From Pseudomonadales bacterium (GTDB taxonomy: Bacteria; Pseudomonadota; Gammaproteobacteria; Pseudomonadales; JANQJO01), in contig JANQJO010000022.1 of NCBI GenBank assembly GCA_028281605.1, forward strand, positions 5,590-69,589: a DNA stretch of 64,000 nt, given 5' to 3'. The translations under genes were made by a program, and so were the position numbers. The notes beneath the pieces were generated by a model. The model saw only the letters and a list, made by a program, of their open reading frames with translations, made no database searches and was not told the DNA's origin. Below, piece after piece: positions 44,405 through 52,879 of the stretch (its first letter is position 1; every line of letters begins with the position of its first letter).

Positions 44405-46138
44405 TCAGTTTGGTGTTTTGTCAGATGATTTTGTGTGCAGTAGTGCAGTTAATTCATCGAGCTGTTTTTGTCTACGGCCATCAGAATATTTAAAATAAAA
44501 TTCCATTAAATTATTATACAGCCAAGTGGCATTTTTTAAATCTCCAGCAATCATACCTTGCTTAGTACGTTCAATGATTTCATCAATATGGACAAATTGT
44601 ACGTCTGGACGTTCGTACAGTTTGTCCATGATTGTGTCATCATAGCGTAAAATTGTTAATAATGCGATATTAGATATAATCAGTTCATGTGGGCTGCCTA
44701 CCGCATATTCAGAAATGTGTTCAGGAAAATAGTTGTTCACTAGCATGTGAATGTTGTTTTCGAATAGCCATTCTTGAGTTACTTCCTTTTCATGGCCAGC
44801 TCGGCCTCTGATTTTGATCGGTTGTTTGGCGATAGAGTATTGGGTGAGTCCTGTTGTTTCTACGAAATAAGGTAATTTGCTGTGATAGGCAACCATTAGT
44901 AACCCAAGATTGATGACTAGCTTGACGTCAGTGGCTTGTAGAGCTTGTCCAATTGCCAAGCCTTGGGCTAGACGTAACGCATGAATTTTGTCCGTATAAA
45001 AAGTGTTTTCTTCAACAATGCCGTTGATTTCTTCTCTTGGGGCTTGATAGACAGAGATGGTTGCTACAGCACCTGCGATAATGGTAACACTGGTAAGTGC
45101 AGCATGTCGGACATCTTTGATTTGGGTAATATAGATTTCACTGATAATGAGCAACAGAGGCACCACTGGAATAAAGCGACGTGCAAACATAAAATCTCCG
45201 CCGACATGTACTACGTATAAACTATAAATGCATGCCCCCAGTAATAAAATAGTTATGTCTCGTTGATATGATTTCAAATTCAGTTTGAGTAACCAAGCGG
45301 TTAATGGTAGTAGGCAAGCACAGGCTCCAATGATCCAGTTTTTTTTAAGAAAGAGCAGTAAGTAAGTAACACCTTGTGAATAATAGGGGTGCATGACCGA
45401 TTTTGAGTAAAAAGGGGTTGGAAAAATTTCACCGTAATAATTTACTTTAAAGATTAACCAAACGCACAGTGTACTCACAACGGGTATCATGAAAATCATA
45501 ATGTTTTTGATTCTTACTGAATAAGATTGTGTTTGATTGGGAAGCCAAAAGGATAGGACACAAACACCCACTAGCAGTAAGCCGTCCATGCGGGTTAAAA
45601 CCAAGAAAGCACACAATACGCCTGAGCCAAGCAAGGTGGTTATAGAGGGTTGTTGTTTTCTAGTACTGACTAGGCTGGCCGTCGCTAAAAAAGTGAACAG
45701 CATGGTTTCCAGTCCACCTGAGGCCCATATTTGCATGTCTTCGGCAACCAGTAGATAAATGGCTGCCAAAGGTATAAAATGTGTACCTTGTGTTTGGTGA
45801 CGGGACCAAGACAGATAGGCCAGCAGTAGGGCCAGTAACAGATAGGGTAATAAGCCTAAATGTGTGCTCGCTTGCAGTGGATCGAATCCGAGCCACTGCA
45901 AAGCTGCAATCATTACAGTCCATAAAAAATTAGTATAGCCTTCAACGTATTCGCCCGGGTTGTAAACTAGTCCATGTCCATTGATCCAGTTCTCAGCATA
46001 ACGCAAGCTGACAAAGCAATCGTCTGTAAGCCAGCCTTGGGTATATGAGCCAAAGAGTCCCAAGGCTAAGAGGGCAATTAATAGCAATCCGTAAATTATC
46101 TTGAACTGAATGTGTTGGAACATTATTTGGGGTTTCAT
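44405..46138 (-). CDS. Polytopic membrane protein, GT-C-fold glycosyltransferase-like (ArnT/PMT/arabinofuranosyltransferase-like)
   Basis: 577 aa with more than 10 hydrophobic segments. First-loop motif WLTDDCFVSLRYAENWINGHGLVYNPGEYVEGYTNFLW resembles the acidic DD loop of GT-C enzymes. It has a soluble C-terminal domain. Confidence 0.5.
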   Translation of the reverse strand: MKPQIMFQHIQFKIIYGLLLIALLALGLFGSYTQGWLTDDCFVSLRYAENWINGHGLVYNPGEYVEGYTNFLWTVMIAALQWLGFDPLQASTHLGLLPYLLLALLLAYLSWSRHQTQGTHFIPLAAIYLLVAEDMQIWASGGLETMLFTFLATASLVSTRKQQPSITTLLGSGVLCAFLVLTRMDGLLLVGVCVLSFWLPNQTQSYSVRIKNIMIFMIPVVSTLCVWLIFKVNYYGEIFPTPFYSKSVMHPYYSQGVTYLLLFLKKNWIIGACACLLPLTAWLLKLNLKSYQRDITILLLGACIYSLYVVHVGGDFMFARRFIPVVPLLLIISEIYITQIKDVRHAALTSVTIIAGAVATISVYQAPREEINGIVEENTFYTDKIHALRLAQGLAIGQALQATDVKLVINLGLLMVAYHSKLPYFVETTGLTQYSIAKQPIKIRGRAGHEKEVTQEWLFENNIHMLVNNYFPEHISEYAVGSPHELIISNIALLTILRYDDTIMDKLYERPDVQFVHIDEIIERTKQGMIAGDLKNATWLYNNLMEFYFKYSDGRRQKQLDELTALLHTKSSDKTPN

Positions 46139-46295
46139 GTTGGTGACTGTCGTGTTCGATTCGCAATACTAGTATAGTGTAGGTAGGATCGCTTCGTGTT
46201 TAGTTTGTTACAAGCATGGAATCGCCTGGACCTAAGTGCGTCTTCATTTTATGATTGAAAGCTCACTATAATCGAATGGATCGTGGTGACACATC

Positions 46296-47765
46296 ATGTC
46301 GAAAACAAGAAGACATCATCAAGTCAAACGTTATAGTATTTTAAGATTACTTGTTTTGGCTATGGTGTATCTAGGTAAGCGCTTGCCGCTGAGATCATTG
46401 CCAAAAAGGCAATGCTTGTGTTTATGTTTGCTTATTGGGTTGCTGTTGCCCAATGTGAGCCCTAGCTTGGACAGTTTGTATCGTGTCTATCAACAAGGCA
46501 AATTGAAAGTTTATCTTGATCAACCTGCTCACGTGCATTCACATGATGTGCACCCCAGTAATGTTGCTGTGGAAGTTTTACAGTTATTTGTTCAGGAGTT
46601 AGAGGTAGGTTTAGAGTTAGAGGTCCTTGAAACTCAGCCAGAGCAGGTGCTGAGACAGGAATTTGACTTTATTGTTGTGAATAATCCGTCCAACGAACTG
46701 TCTGAGCAGTTGACTTTTACTCAACCGATTTTGTCTGTAGATCATTTTTTAGTGCATCATAAAGATGATAATCCTATGCAAGATGCCGATGGTTTTGTTT
46801 CTTCTTTATTTGATCAATCTCAAGTTTCAAGACGATACGATTATTTTTTTTCAGAGCAAGCTTTTAATGAGCATAATGATCAATCGATGGTAATTTTTGA
46901 TTTGCTCAGCCGTGTTCAAAAAAGAAAATTAACTTACACCGTAGCTTTGTCACATGAATACGAAGCATACAAGCATGTTATGCCAGAGTTGGTGGCAATG
47001 AATTTGGGGCATGCTTATGCAATGTCTTGGGGGTTTAAGCGTGCGCAGAGCCCAGCTTTGCATGATAAAGCGCAGGGCTTTATCAGTGCGTTGATTGATG
47101 AAGGCATGATGGAAGAAATCCAAGCTCGTTTTTTTTGGAATGATCCGCACTTGAATCAACTGGAGCGCAAAGTGTTCTTTAGGCGTGTGACTTCACGCTT
47201 ACAGGTGTATTTATTACATTTTCAGTCGGCTGCTTTGTCTTTTGATTTGGATTGGCGTTTGTTGGCCGCGATTGCCTATCAAGAGTCTCATTGGGATCCA
47301 GAAGCGGTTTCGCCGACTGGAGTCAGGGGGATGATGATGCTCACTCGTGATACGGCAAAAGAAATGGGGATTAAAGATAGGTTGGATGCAGAGCAAAGTA
47401 TTTTTGGCGGAGCAGGTTATTATCGTAAGATTAAAAACCGGTTGCCAAATTTTATTGCAGAACCGGATCGAACTTGGATGGCTTTGGCTGCTTATAACAT
47501 GGGTTTGGCCAATGTTCGGCGTGCTATTCGATTAACTCAGGTGAAAGGGGGTAATCCTACGGATTGGTTTGATGTGCGGGAGCAGCTCAGTGCGTTTGAT
47601 CATACTTTACCGACAGTCAAGAAAGTGCGTTATATTAAAGGGGCTGAACAAGCCAAGCGTTTTGTGAAGCGCATCCGTTTATATTATGATCTTCTGAAAC
47701 GTCCTCATGTATTAGAAGACTCCAAGCCGCTGCAGCCGATTAATGTTGTTTATGACTTTCATTAA
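46296..47765 (+). CDS. mltF: Membrane-bound lytic murein transglycosylase F-like protein (PBP-like domain + SLT domain)
   Basis: SLT catalytic block LLAAIAYQESHWDPEAVSPTGVRGMMMLT and AYNMG. An N-terminal periplasmic-binding-protein-like half precedes it. Confidence 0.78.
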   Translation: MSKTRRHHQVKRYSILRLLVLAMVYLGKRLPLRSLPKRQCLCLCLLIGLLLPNVSPSLDSLYRVYQQGKLKVYLDQPAHVHSHDVHPSNVAVEVLQLFVQELEVGLELEVLETQPEQVLRQEFDFIVVNNPSNELSEQLTFTQPILSVDHFLVHHKDDNPMQDADGFVSSLFDQSQVSRRYDYFFSEQAFNEHNDQSMVIFDLLSRVQKRKLTYTVALSHEYEAYKHVMPELVAMNLGHAYAMSWGFKRAQSPALHDKAQGFISALIDEGMMEEIQARFFWNDPHLNQLERKVFFRRVTSRLQVYLLHFQSAALSFDLDWRLLAAIAYQESHWDPEAVSPTGVRGMMMLTRDTAKEMGIKDRLDAEQSIFGGAGYYRKIKNRLPNFIAEPDRTWMALAAYNMGLANVRRAIRLTQVKGGNPTDWFDVREQLSAFDHTLPTVKKVRYIKGAEQAKRFVKRIRLYYDLLKRPHVLEDSKPLQPINVVYDFH

Positions 47766-48244
47766 TCTCGAAAGTTTTCAAATTGCAGGGCTTGTGGGAA
47801 ATCGTTGTCTTTTAGTAGAGCGATGACGGCTTGTAAATCATCTCTTTTTTTACCAGTGACTCGTACTTGATCGCCTTGTATGCTGGCTTGTACTTTCAGC
47901 TTACTGTTTTTGATCATTTGCACGAGTTTTTTAGCTGCATCACGGTCAATACCTTGTTTGATTCGTACACATTGTTTGGCTTTGGCCAAAGTGGTTTCGA
48001 TGTCTTGTGGGTCTAAGCTCTTAACATCTATGCCTCGTTTAATGATTTTGTTGACTAAAATTTCGTATATTTGTTTGACTTGGAAAGTTTCAGGCGCTTG
48101 TAAAATGACAGCGTTTTCTTCTCGATGAGTTTCTGTTTCTATGTTACGAAAGTCAAAGCGGTTGGTCAGTTCTCTTTTGACTTGGTCAATGGCATTGTCT
48201 AATTCGTGAGAGTCGACTTCGGAAACAATATCGAATGATGGCAT
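47762..48244 (-). CDS. yajQ: YajQ-family nucleotide-binding protein (UPF0234)
   Basis: MPSFDIVSEVDSHELDNAIDQVKRELTNRFDFRN is near-colinear with E. coli YajQ. 160 aa. Confidence 0.9.
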   Translation of the reverse strand: MPSFDIVSEVDSHELDNAIDQVKRELTNRFDFRNIETETHREENAVILQAPETFQVKQIYEILVNKIIKRGIDVKSLDPQDIETTLAKAKQCVRIKQGIDRDAAKKLVQMIKNSKLKVQASIQGDQVRVTGKKRDDLQAVIALLKDNDFPQALQFENFRD

Positions 48245-48391
48245 AAAATGATCTCTTTATAGTGTTTTCTTACAATTATGTTAGGTGGCATGCTCTGTGT
48301 CAGCTGTGTTTGGTTTTAAAACAATCAGTTGTGAGTCAGTTCAATCCAATCCCCTTATGTAATGCTCTATAATATTAAGGGGGTATGAAGT

Positions 48392-49498
48392 TTAAGGGAT
48401 AACAATCTCAATGATATCATTGAAAACTTCATAACGGCTTTTAACATCTTGATATTCGAAGGTGTTGTCACCAATGCTTTGGTTGTTGGCTTCCATATAG
48501 TCTGTAAGATTTGCGCTGGGTCTGCTTGTTCCAGTCAGTGTTCTACCCATCATGACTAAGATTGTATCAATATTGCTGCTTGGGTTCCAATTTAATACAT
48601 TGATTTGGTTTGGGTTGTTGGCGTAGTAAAGTAATGACGGCCAGTTTTGTCCTGAAAACCAAGCTGGAAAAGTTGCTGTACAGATTCCATTGATAGAGGT
48701 AAAGGGAAAATACCCTTCGTTTAAACCCGCTTGACTGGTGAAGCTTGGATTTAAGATAAAGGCTGCGGCATTTGGGACAGTACCGCAGGCTGTGTTGTAG
48801 TCTAAAAGAGCATTTTTTGCTATGTTTATGACTCTGGTTTCTATTTGTGGCCACAGTTCTCTAGGGGTAATCCAGTCGAGTCTATCGTTTAAAGCAATAG
48901 CTGCAGTCGTTGAGAAAATATTAAAATTATTATTCGCATTGTTTTCTTCAAGATAACGTCGTCTGTCTCGATTGGCGTTACCATTGGTATTATAGTCGTT
49001 AACGACACGACCGTTTTGTCCATTAAGCGCAGTTGTTGGAGCTAATATAACAGCTAGAGCGTTGATGTTGCCATCAATAAGTAAGGATATGGGTGTGTCG
49101 CTGTTAAAAGGAGTATAGAGACTGCTTTGCTGATGGTTTTGATCAACAGCGTACCATAAACGTTCGCCTGTGGTGTCTCTCAGGTCTTTAATCCCGAGAG
49201 TACGAAAGGGTAACCAGCCTAAGCGTGCTTGACAGTTGATGCCTATTGTATCTGCGAAACCATCGTTATTGAAATCAGGGCAAGGTAGGCTGCCTGGTCT
49301 TAGCGTGTGCGTGCTAGCAAAGTTAATTAAAGCTTGTTTAGCCGTTTGTAAAGCCTCAGTAGAAGTGCTTTGTTCAAAGTGATTATGATTTGGGAGTTTG
49401 GCTGTGCTTAGAAAAATACCTAAACCAGATAAGATTAAAATAAAAAATATAACTATAATAGCTAGGCCTTGTTGTTTATGTTTGCTGTATAAATGCAT
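48392..49498 (-). CDS. Hypothetical exported protein with a PilX-N-like hydrophobic N-terminus (possible minor-pilin or pilus-associated protein)
   Basis: MHLYSKHKQQGLAIIVIFFILILSGLGIFL resembles the (Q/R)G(A/L)ALIV... N-terminus of PilX-type proteins. The rest has no recognised motif. I prefer the ATG at 49498 to the ORF-track start at 49516. Confidence 0.45.
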   Translation of the reverse strand: MHLYSKHKQQGLAIIVIFFILILSGLGIFLSTAKLPNHNHFEQSTSTEALQTAKQALINFASTHTLRPGSLPCPDFNNDGFADTIGINCQARLGWLPFRTLGIKDLRDTTGERLWYAVDQNHQQSSLYTPFNSDTPISLLIDGNINALAVILAPTTALNGQNGRVVNDYNTNGNANRDRRRYLEENNANNNFNIFSTTAAIALNDRLDWITPRELWPQIETRVINIAKNALLDYNTACGTVPNAAAFILNPSFTSQAGLNEGYFPFTSINGICTATFPAWFSGQNWPSLLYYANNPNQINVLNWNPSSNIDTILVMMGRTLTGTSRPSANLTDYMEANNQSIGDNTFEYQDVKSRYEVFNDIIEIVIP

Positions 49499-49502
49499 AA
49501 AG

Positions 49503-50126
49503 CTATCGCTGCCCATGTTTTAAAATGGCATCAATTTCAGCTTGCCTGGCCTCTCGGTTAAAAAGTTTTAATAAAGCAGCTTGTTCTGGTTTGTCCTGGA
49601 GTGTTTCAGTTGTTTTGTCGTAAGCTTTGACGGCGGTGCCTTCTTGTATTAGGTCATGATGAGCTGCTTTATACTTATAATATTCTATGCGTTTACTTTC
49701 ATCTCTTAACCAAATTTGACCAGGCCTTAGTTGCTTAGTTTTTTCATCTATAGTTATAGGCACTTCCCAATTGCTTTTTTTATAATGGGGCTTTTGTAGT
49801 TGAATACCTTGGGCGATAGTGGATACCGTTTCATATTTTTTACCATTAACCCAAACGGTTGGCTTGCTCGTTGGGCTGATTACTAAACCTTTAAGATGGA
49901 TGGTATCAAAACTGGATTTTGTGACAGCTTCAGTCGGTTTGTCAATGGGGTTGGATGTGTCCAGTGTTCGGCTGGTATTGAGCGACAGCCTTTCTGATTT
50001 TTGCGTAAAGAGTCGGTCAATTAAGGTGGTAAGGTCCTTAGACTCTTTGATGGGCTGTGCCCACAATGTTTGTGCATGAATGCTTAACAAAGTAGCCAAG
50101 ATAATCTTTATAGTAGATTTATACAC
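49503..50126 (-). CDS. Hypothetical secreted protein (MshK/PilP-like flavour is weak)
   Basis: Signal peptide MYKSTIKIILATLLSIHAQTLWA. The segment LKGLVISPTSKPTVWVNGKKY recalls small pilus-biogenesis proteins. It ends 4 nt before the next gene. Confidence 0.45.
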   Translation of the reverse strand: MYKSTIKIILATLLSIHAQTLWAQPIKESKDLTTLIDRLFTQKSERLSLNTSRTLDTSNPIDKPTEAVTKSSFDTIHLKGLVISPTSKPTVWVNGKKYETVSTIAQGIQLQKPHYKKSNWEVPITIDEKTKQLRPGQIWLRDESKRIEYYKYKAAHHDLIQEGTAVKAYDKTTETLQDKPEQAALLKLFNREARQAEIDAILKHGQR

Positions 50127-50173
50127 AGTTAATAACTCAACTTAGTCTTTTTAGTTATAAATCTTGTTGCCAT

Positions 50174-50191
50174 TTGATACATTTGTATCAA
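50174..50191. promoter_or_regulatory. Palindrome TTGATACA-TT-TGTATCAA upstream of the 207-aa gene
   Basis: Perfect 8-bp arms, 48 nt upstream of the start codon at 50126. The outer TTGAT/ATCAA half-sites are CRP/FNR-like, but the spacing of 8 is not canonical. Confidence 0.35.
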
Positions 50192-50340
50192 TAGCTTCTA
50201 TAATACTATGACAATTTAGCTAATATCGCTCATTTTTTAACTTATTATTTGTGGTTGAATAGCACTTTAAAAACACTCTGCTGTCACCTTATTAAAGTAA
50301 TGGCTAATTATCGGTTCCATAGTTTTTTAACATCTTAATG

Positions 50341-50400
50341 AAACAGCCATGAGCGATGCAATGTTCGTCATCCTAGGTGATGAACATTGCGTTTGCACTA
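50341..50400 (+). repeat. Copy C of the conserved hairpin element
   Basis: AAACAGCCATGAGCGATGCAATGTTCGTCATCCTAGGTGATGAACATTGCGTTTGCAC forms a 15-bp stem (GCAATGTTCGTCATC / GGTGATGAACATTGC, with two G-T pairs) and a 3-nt loop. Confidence 0.7.
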
Positions 50401-50683
50401 ATGTGTTCGTTTGGTGAGCTTGTTTGCTGTGCTTTTGTGCTGTGTGCCTGTGAAGAAGGGTTGTTTGACTGATTTGTATTTGTGAGAATACTGTTGGGTA
50501 TACGATTGGTTTCTGCATCAACTTGACTTAATGAGAAGTTTAAAGATCAGAACGTGTCATTTCTGAATAATAGTGTTTTCAAACAGCTTATGAGATGAAC
50601 TTCATTCAGAATTTGTGTACCATACCCAAATTAAGAAGGCTGTTCTTTCTTCTACTTTATTATAAAGCTTCTTATAGGATCGC

Positions 50684-51349
50684 ATGTTTATGAGTGACTT
50701 AGGGCAAATTTCACTGTTTTCTGGGCTGAGTGAAGAAACGCTTGAAGCTATTGAAAGTCTTACCACAACTCGCCAGTACCCTAAAAATAGTATCATTATC
50801 AGTGAAAGTGATGTTTCAAACGCTATGTATTTACTAATGTCGGGTAAGGTAAAAGTGTTTTTAAGCGACCAAGAGGGTAGAGAATTTGTGCTCAATACGC
50901 TAAATCCAGGTGGTTACTTTGGGGAATTGTCTTTACTGGATGATGAAACACGTACGGCTTCGGTGATGACTATTGAAGCTTCTCATTTCAAAATACTGAC
51001 GAAACCGGCTTTTGATCAGTTGCGTCACGACTTTCCTGAAATAAACCATATATTGATCAGCAATTTGGTTGGTACAATTCGTCATTTGACTGAAAATGTA
51101 AAATCTTTGGCTTTAAAAGATGTCTATGGCCGTATCAGAAAGTTGCTCAATGACTTAGTTTCTGAATCGAATTCAGGCAAAGCCAGTGGCTTGATAGCAG
51201 AAAAGTTAACACAACAAGAAATAGCCAACAGAGTGGGGTCATCCAGAGAAATGGTCGCTCGTATCCTAAAGGATTTAATTACAGGCAGTTATATACAAAT
51301 TGAAAAGAAAAAAATTACTGTTTTAAAAGCGCTGCCAGAGCATTATTAA
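50684..51349 (+). CDS. CRP/FNR-family transcriptional regulator (cNMP-binding domain + HTH; no FNR-type Cys cluster)
   Basis: cNMP-binding block GGYFGELSLLDDETRTASVMT and HTH TQQEIANRVGSSREMVARILKDL. 221 aa. Confidence 0.85.
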   Translation: MFMSDLGQISLFSGLSEETLEAIESLTTTRQYPKNSIIISESDVSNAMYLLMSGKVKVFLSDQEGREFVLNTLNPGGYFGELSLLDDETRTASVMTIEASHFKILTKPAFDQLRHDFPEINHILISNLVGTIRHLTENVKSLALKDVYGRIRKLLNDLVSESNSGKASGLIAEKLTQQEIANRVGSSREMVARILKDLITGSYIQIEKKKITVLKALPEHY

Positions 51350-51355
51350 TAAGTA

Positions 51356-52843
51356 CTACATCAGCTTGTTAAAAGCAATGTGGGAGTCCATTACTGTGTT
51401 GATAGCGCTGGCACTAAATTGCTGTGAAAACCGTGAAATACCAGGTTCTCCGAAAGCCATTGAGCACCAATTCAATACAGCTGCTTCGCACAGGGTAGCA
51501 GGGTTGGCAGAGATTGGTGAACCGTCAACACTGACGGCTCCCGCTGGGCTAAAAAAGCCCATTTGTTGCGCAGCAGCATTACGCATTTGTGGTGCAATTG
51601 GGCTGTAGACCATGGCGGCAGCTAAGCCTTTACTACCATCATCACCTGTCCAGACTGGTTTGCCTGTACCGTCCAGTCGACCATTACTAAAGCATGCACC
51701 ATCACTGAATACAAAGACCATTACTGGGGTTTCTTTCATAGCAGCGGCTTCTAAACAGGCTCCTATCACTCTTCCTATTTGTAGATCTTTTGCTTCACCC
51801 CGACTGCGTGTGCCGTTGTGATAATCACTGCCACCGACTTCAATTGTTCCGGCCGCCGCAAAGCCGTCTAGTACTAATTTCATAATAGCAGCTGTTCTAT
51901 CAAATACTCCATTAGACAGCTCGGCAGGGGTGAGAACGCTGGTGATGACAGGATCTGTCAGAGGGTTCAAGACAGAAACATCTTCCAGTTTGCTGGAAGT
52001 GTCAGCACTTAATAAGGAGGCGCAGTGAATGATGTCTTCTAAGGCTTTTTCTTCTTGTAAACGATCCAGTTTCATTTGACTGATGCGACTGACAGCATCT
52101 GCAATAAAGTTTTGGCCGTTGCCGCCCCCATTGATTAAACTTGTTGTGTCGCTGGAATTGGTAATGACCGTAGGTTGAAAAGTTGGGCTTTCATTCAAGC
52201 TAATAGATTTTCCACCCGATCTGGAATTACGTGTACCAACTAAAGCAGTGATTGAGCCTACAGCACCTGCTGCGCAAATAGCATGTGCTGGATTTAATAC
52301 GTTGTTATTGCTGTCATCGTTTGAAGCGCAAGGCATGACAAAGCCATTGATGTTGGCTCTAGAAGTTGCAGAAGTTTTTTCAAGTAAACCTCGACAAATA
52401 CCACTGTCAGCTTGTAAAGCTACTCCGAACTCTGTGTTAACGTCGGATATCATCTCTGGTAAAAGTCCCATCCTTCCATAGCCTTGTGTACCAACGGTAT
52501 CGTCCATTTGCCCTTGTGGGCCTCCTACCATAAAGTTTGAAGCCAAAGCAGCACCTCCAGCACAATCAATACAAATAAGTGGCAAAGGATTAGATATTCT
52601 GTTGTTATTTTGCGTTACTTCTTGCGCTGGACTGCCACAGTCAGCCAATGTGGCAGCTTTTAGCGTACTCATGGGGAGCAAAACTCCACCGATACAGGGA
52701 AATAGTGCTGTACCCATACCGCTTATAAAGCCTTGCGATAAGAATTCTCGTCTGGTACGAGGTTTCTTATGATCTTGATGATACAAAGGTACATTCAAAT
52801 CATCGGTTTTTTGGTATTTTCTATTATATTTACGACTTTTCAT
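51356..52843 (-). CDS. Cassette 1, gene C: Tat-signal protein, remote DUF1501/alkaline-phosphatase-superfamily-like
   Basis: Twin-arginine motif PRTRREFLSQGF. Conserved blocks PLICIDCAGGAALASNFMVGGPQGQMDD, GGSDYHNGTRSRGEAKD and VFSDGACFSNGRLDGTGKPVWTGDDGS. Same length (495 aa) as its paralog at 57037-58524. Confidence 0.75.
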   Translation of the reverse strand: MKSRKYNRKYQKTDDLNVPLYHQDHKKPRTRREFLSQGFISGMGTALFPCIGGVLLPMSTLKAATLADCGSPAQEVTQNNNRISNPLPLICIDCAGGAALASNFMVGGPQGQMDDTVGTQGYGRMGLLPEMISDVNTEFGVALQADSGICRGLLEKTSATSRANINGFVMPCASNDDSNNNVLNPAHAICAAGAVGSITALVGTRNSRSGGKSISLNESPTFQPTVITNSSDTTSLINGGGNGQNFIADAVSRISQMKLDRLQEEKALEDIIHCASLLSADTSSKLEDVSVLNPLTDPVITSVLTPAELSNGVFDRTAAIMKLVLDGFAAAGTIEVGGSDYHNGTRSRGEAKDLQIGRVIGACLEAAAMKETPVMVFVFSDGACFSNGRLDGTGKPVWTGDDGSKGLAAAMVYSPIAPQMRNAAAQQMGFFSPAGAVSVDGSPISANPATLCEAAVLNWCSMAFGEPGISRFSQQFSASAINTVMDSHIAFNKLM

Positions 52844-52879
52844 GTACTTTGCTCCAGTATATAATTTTATAAATGTGAT

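Noticed and set aside
47762-47765. The convergent mltF and yajQ stop codons overlap in the sequence TTAA. Similarly, the CRP-family gene and gene C1 end only 6 nt apart.
   Set aside because: This is real but trivial gene packing. There is no space for a terminator, yet also no evidence of any special function.
51366-51821. Plus-strand ORFs of 69-134 aa antisense to both gene C copies (51366-51608, 51612-51821, 57101-57505), similar between the copies.
   Set aside because: Their conservation simply reflects the paralogy of the sense genes. The sequences are Pro-, Ala-, Leu- and Ser-rich antisense translations with no independent start signals.
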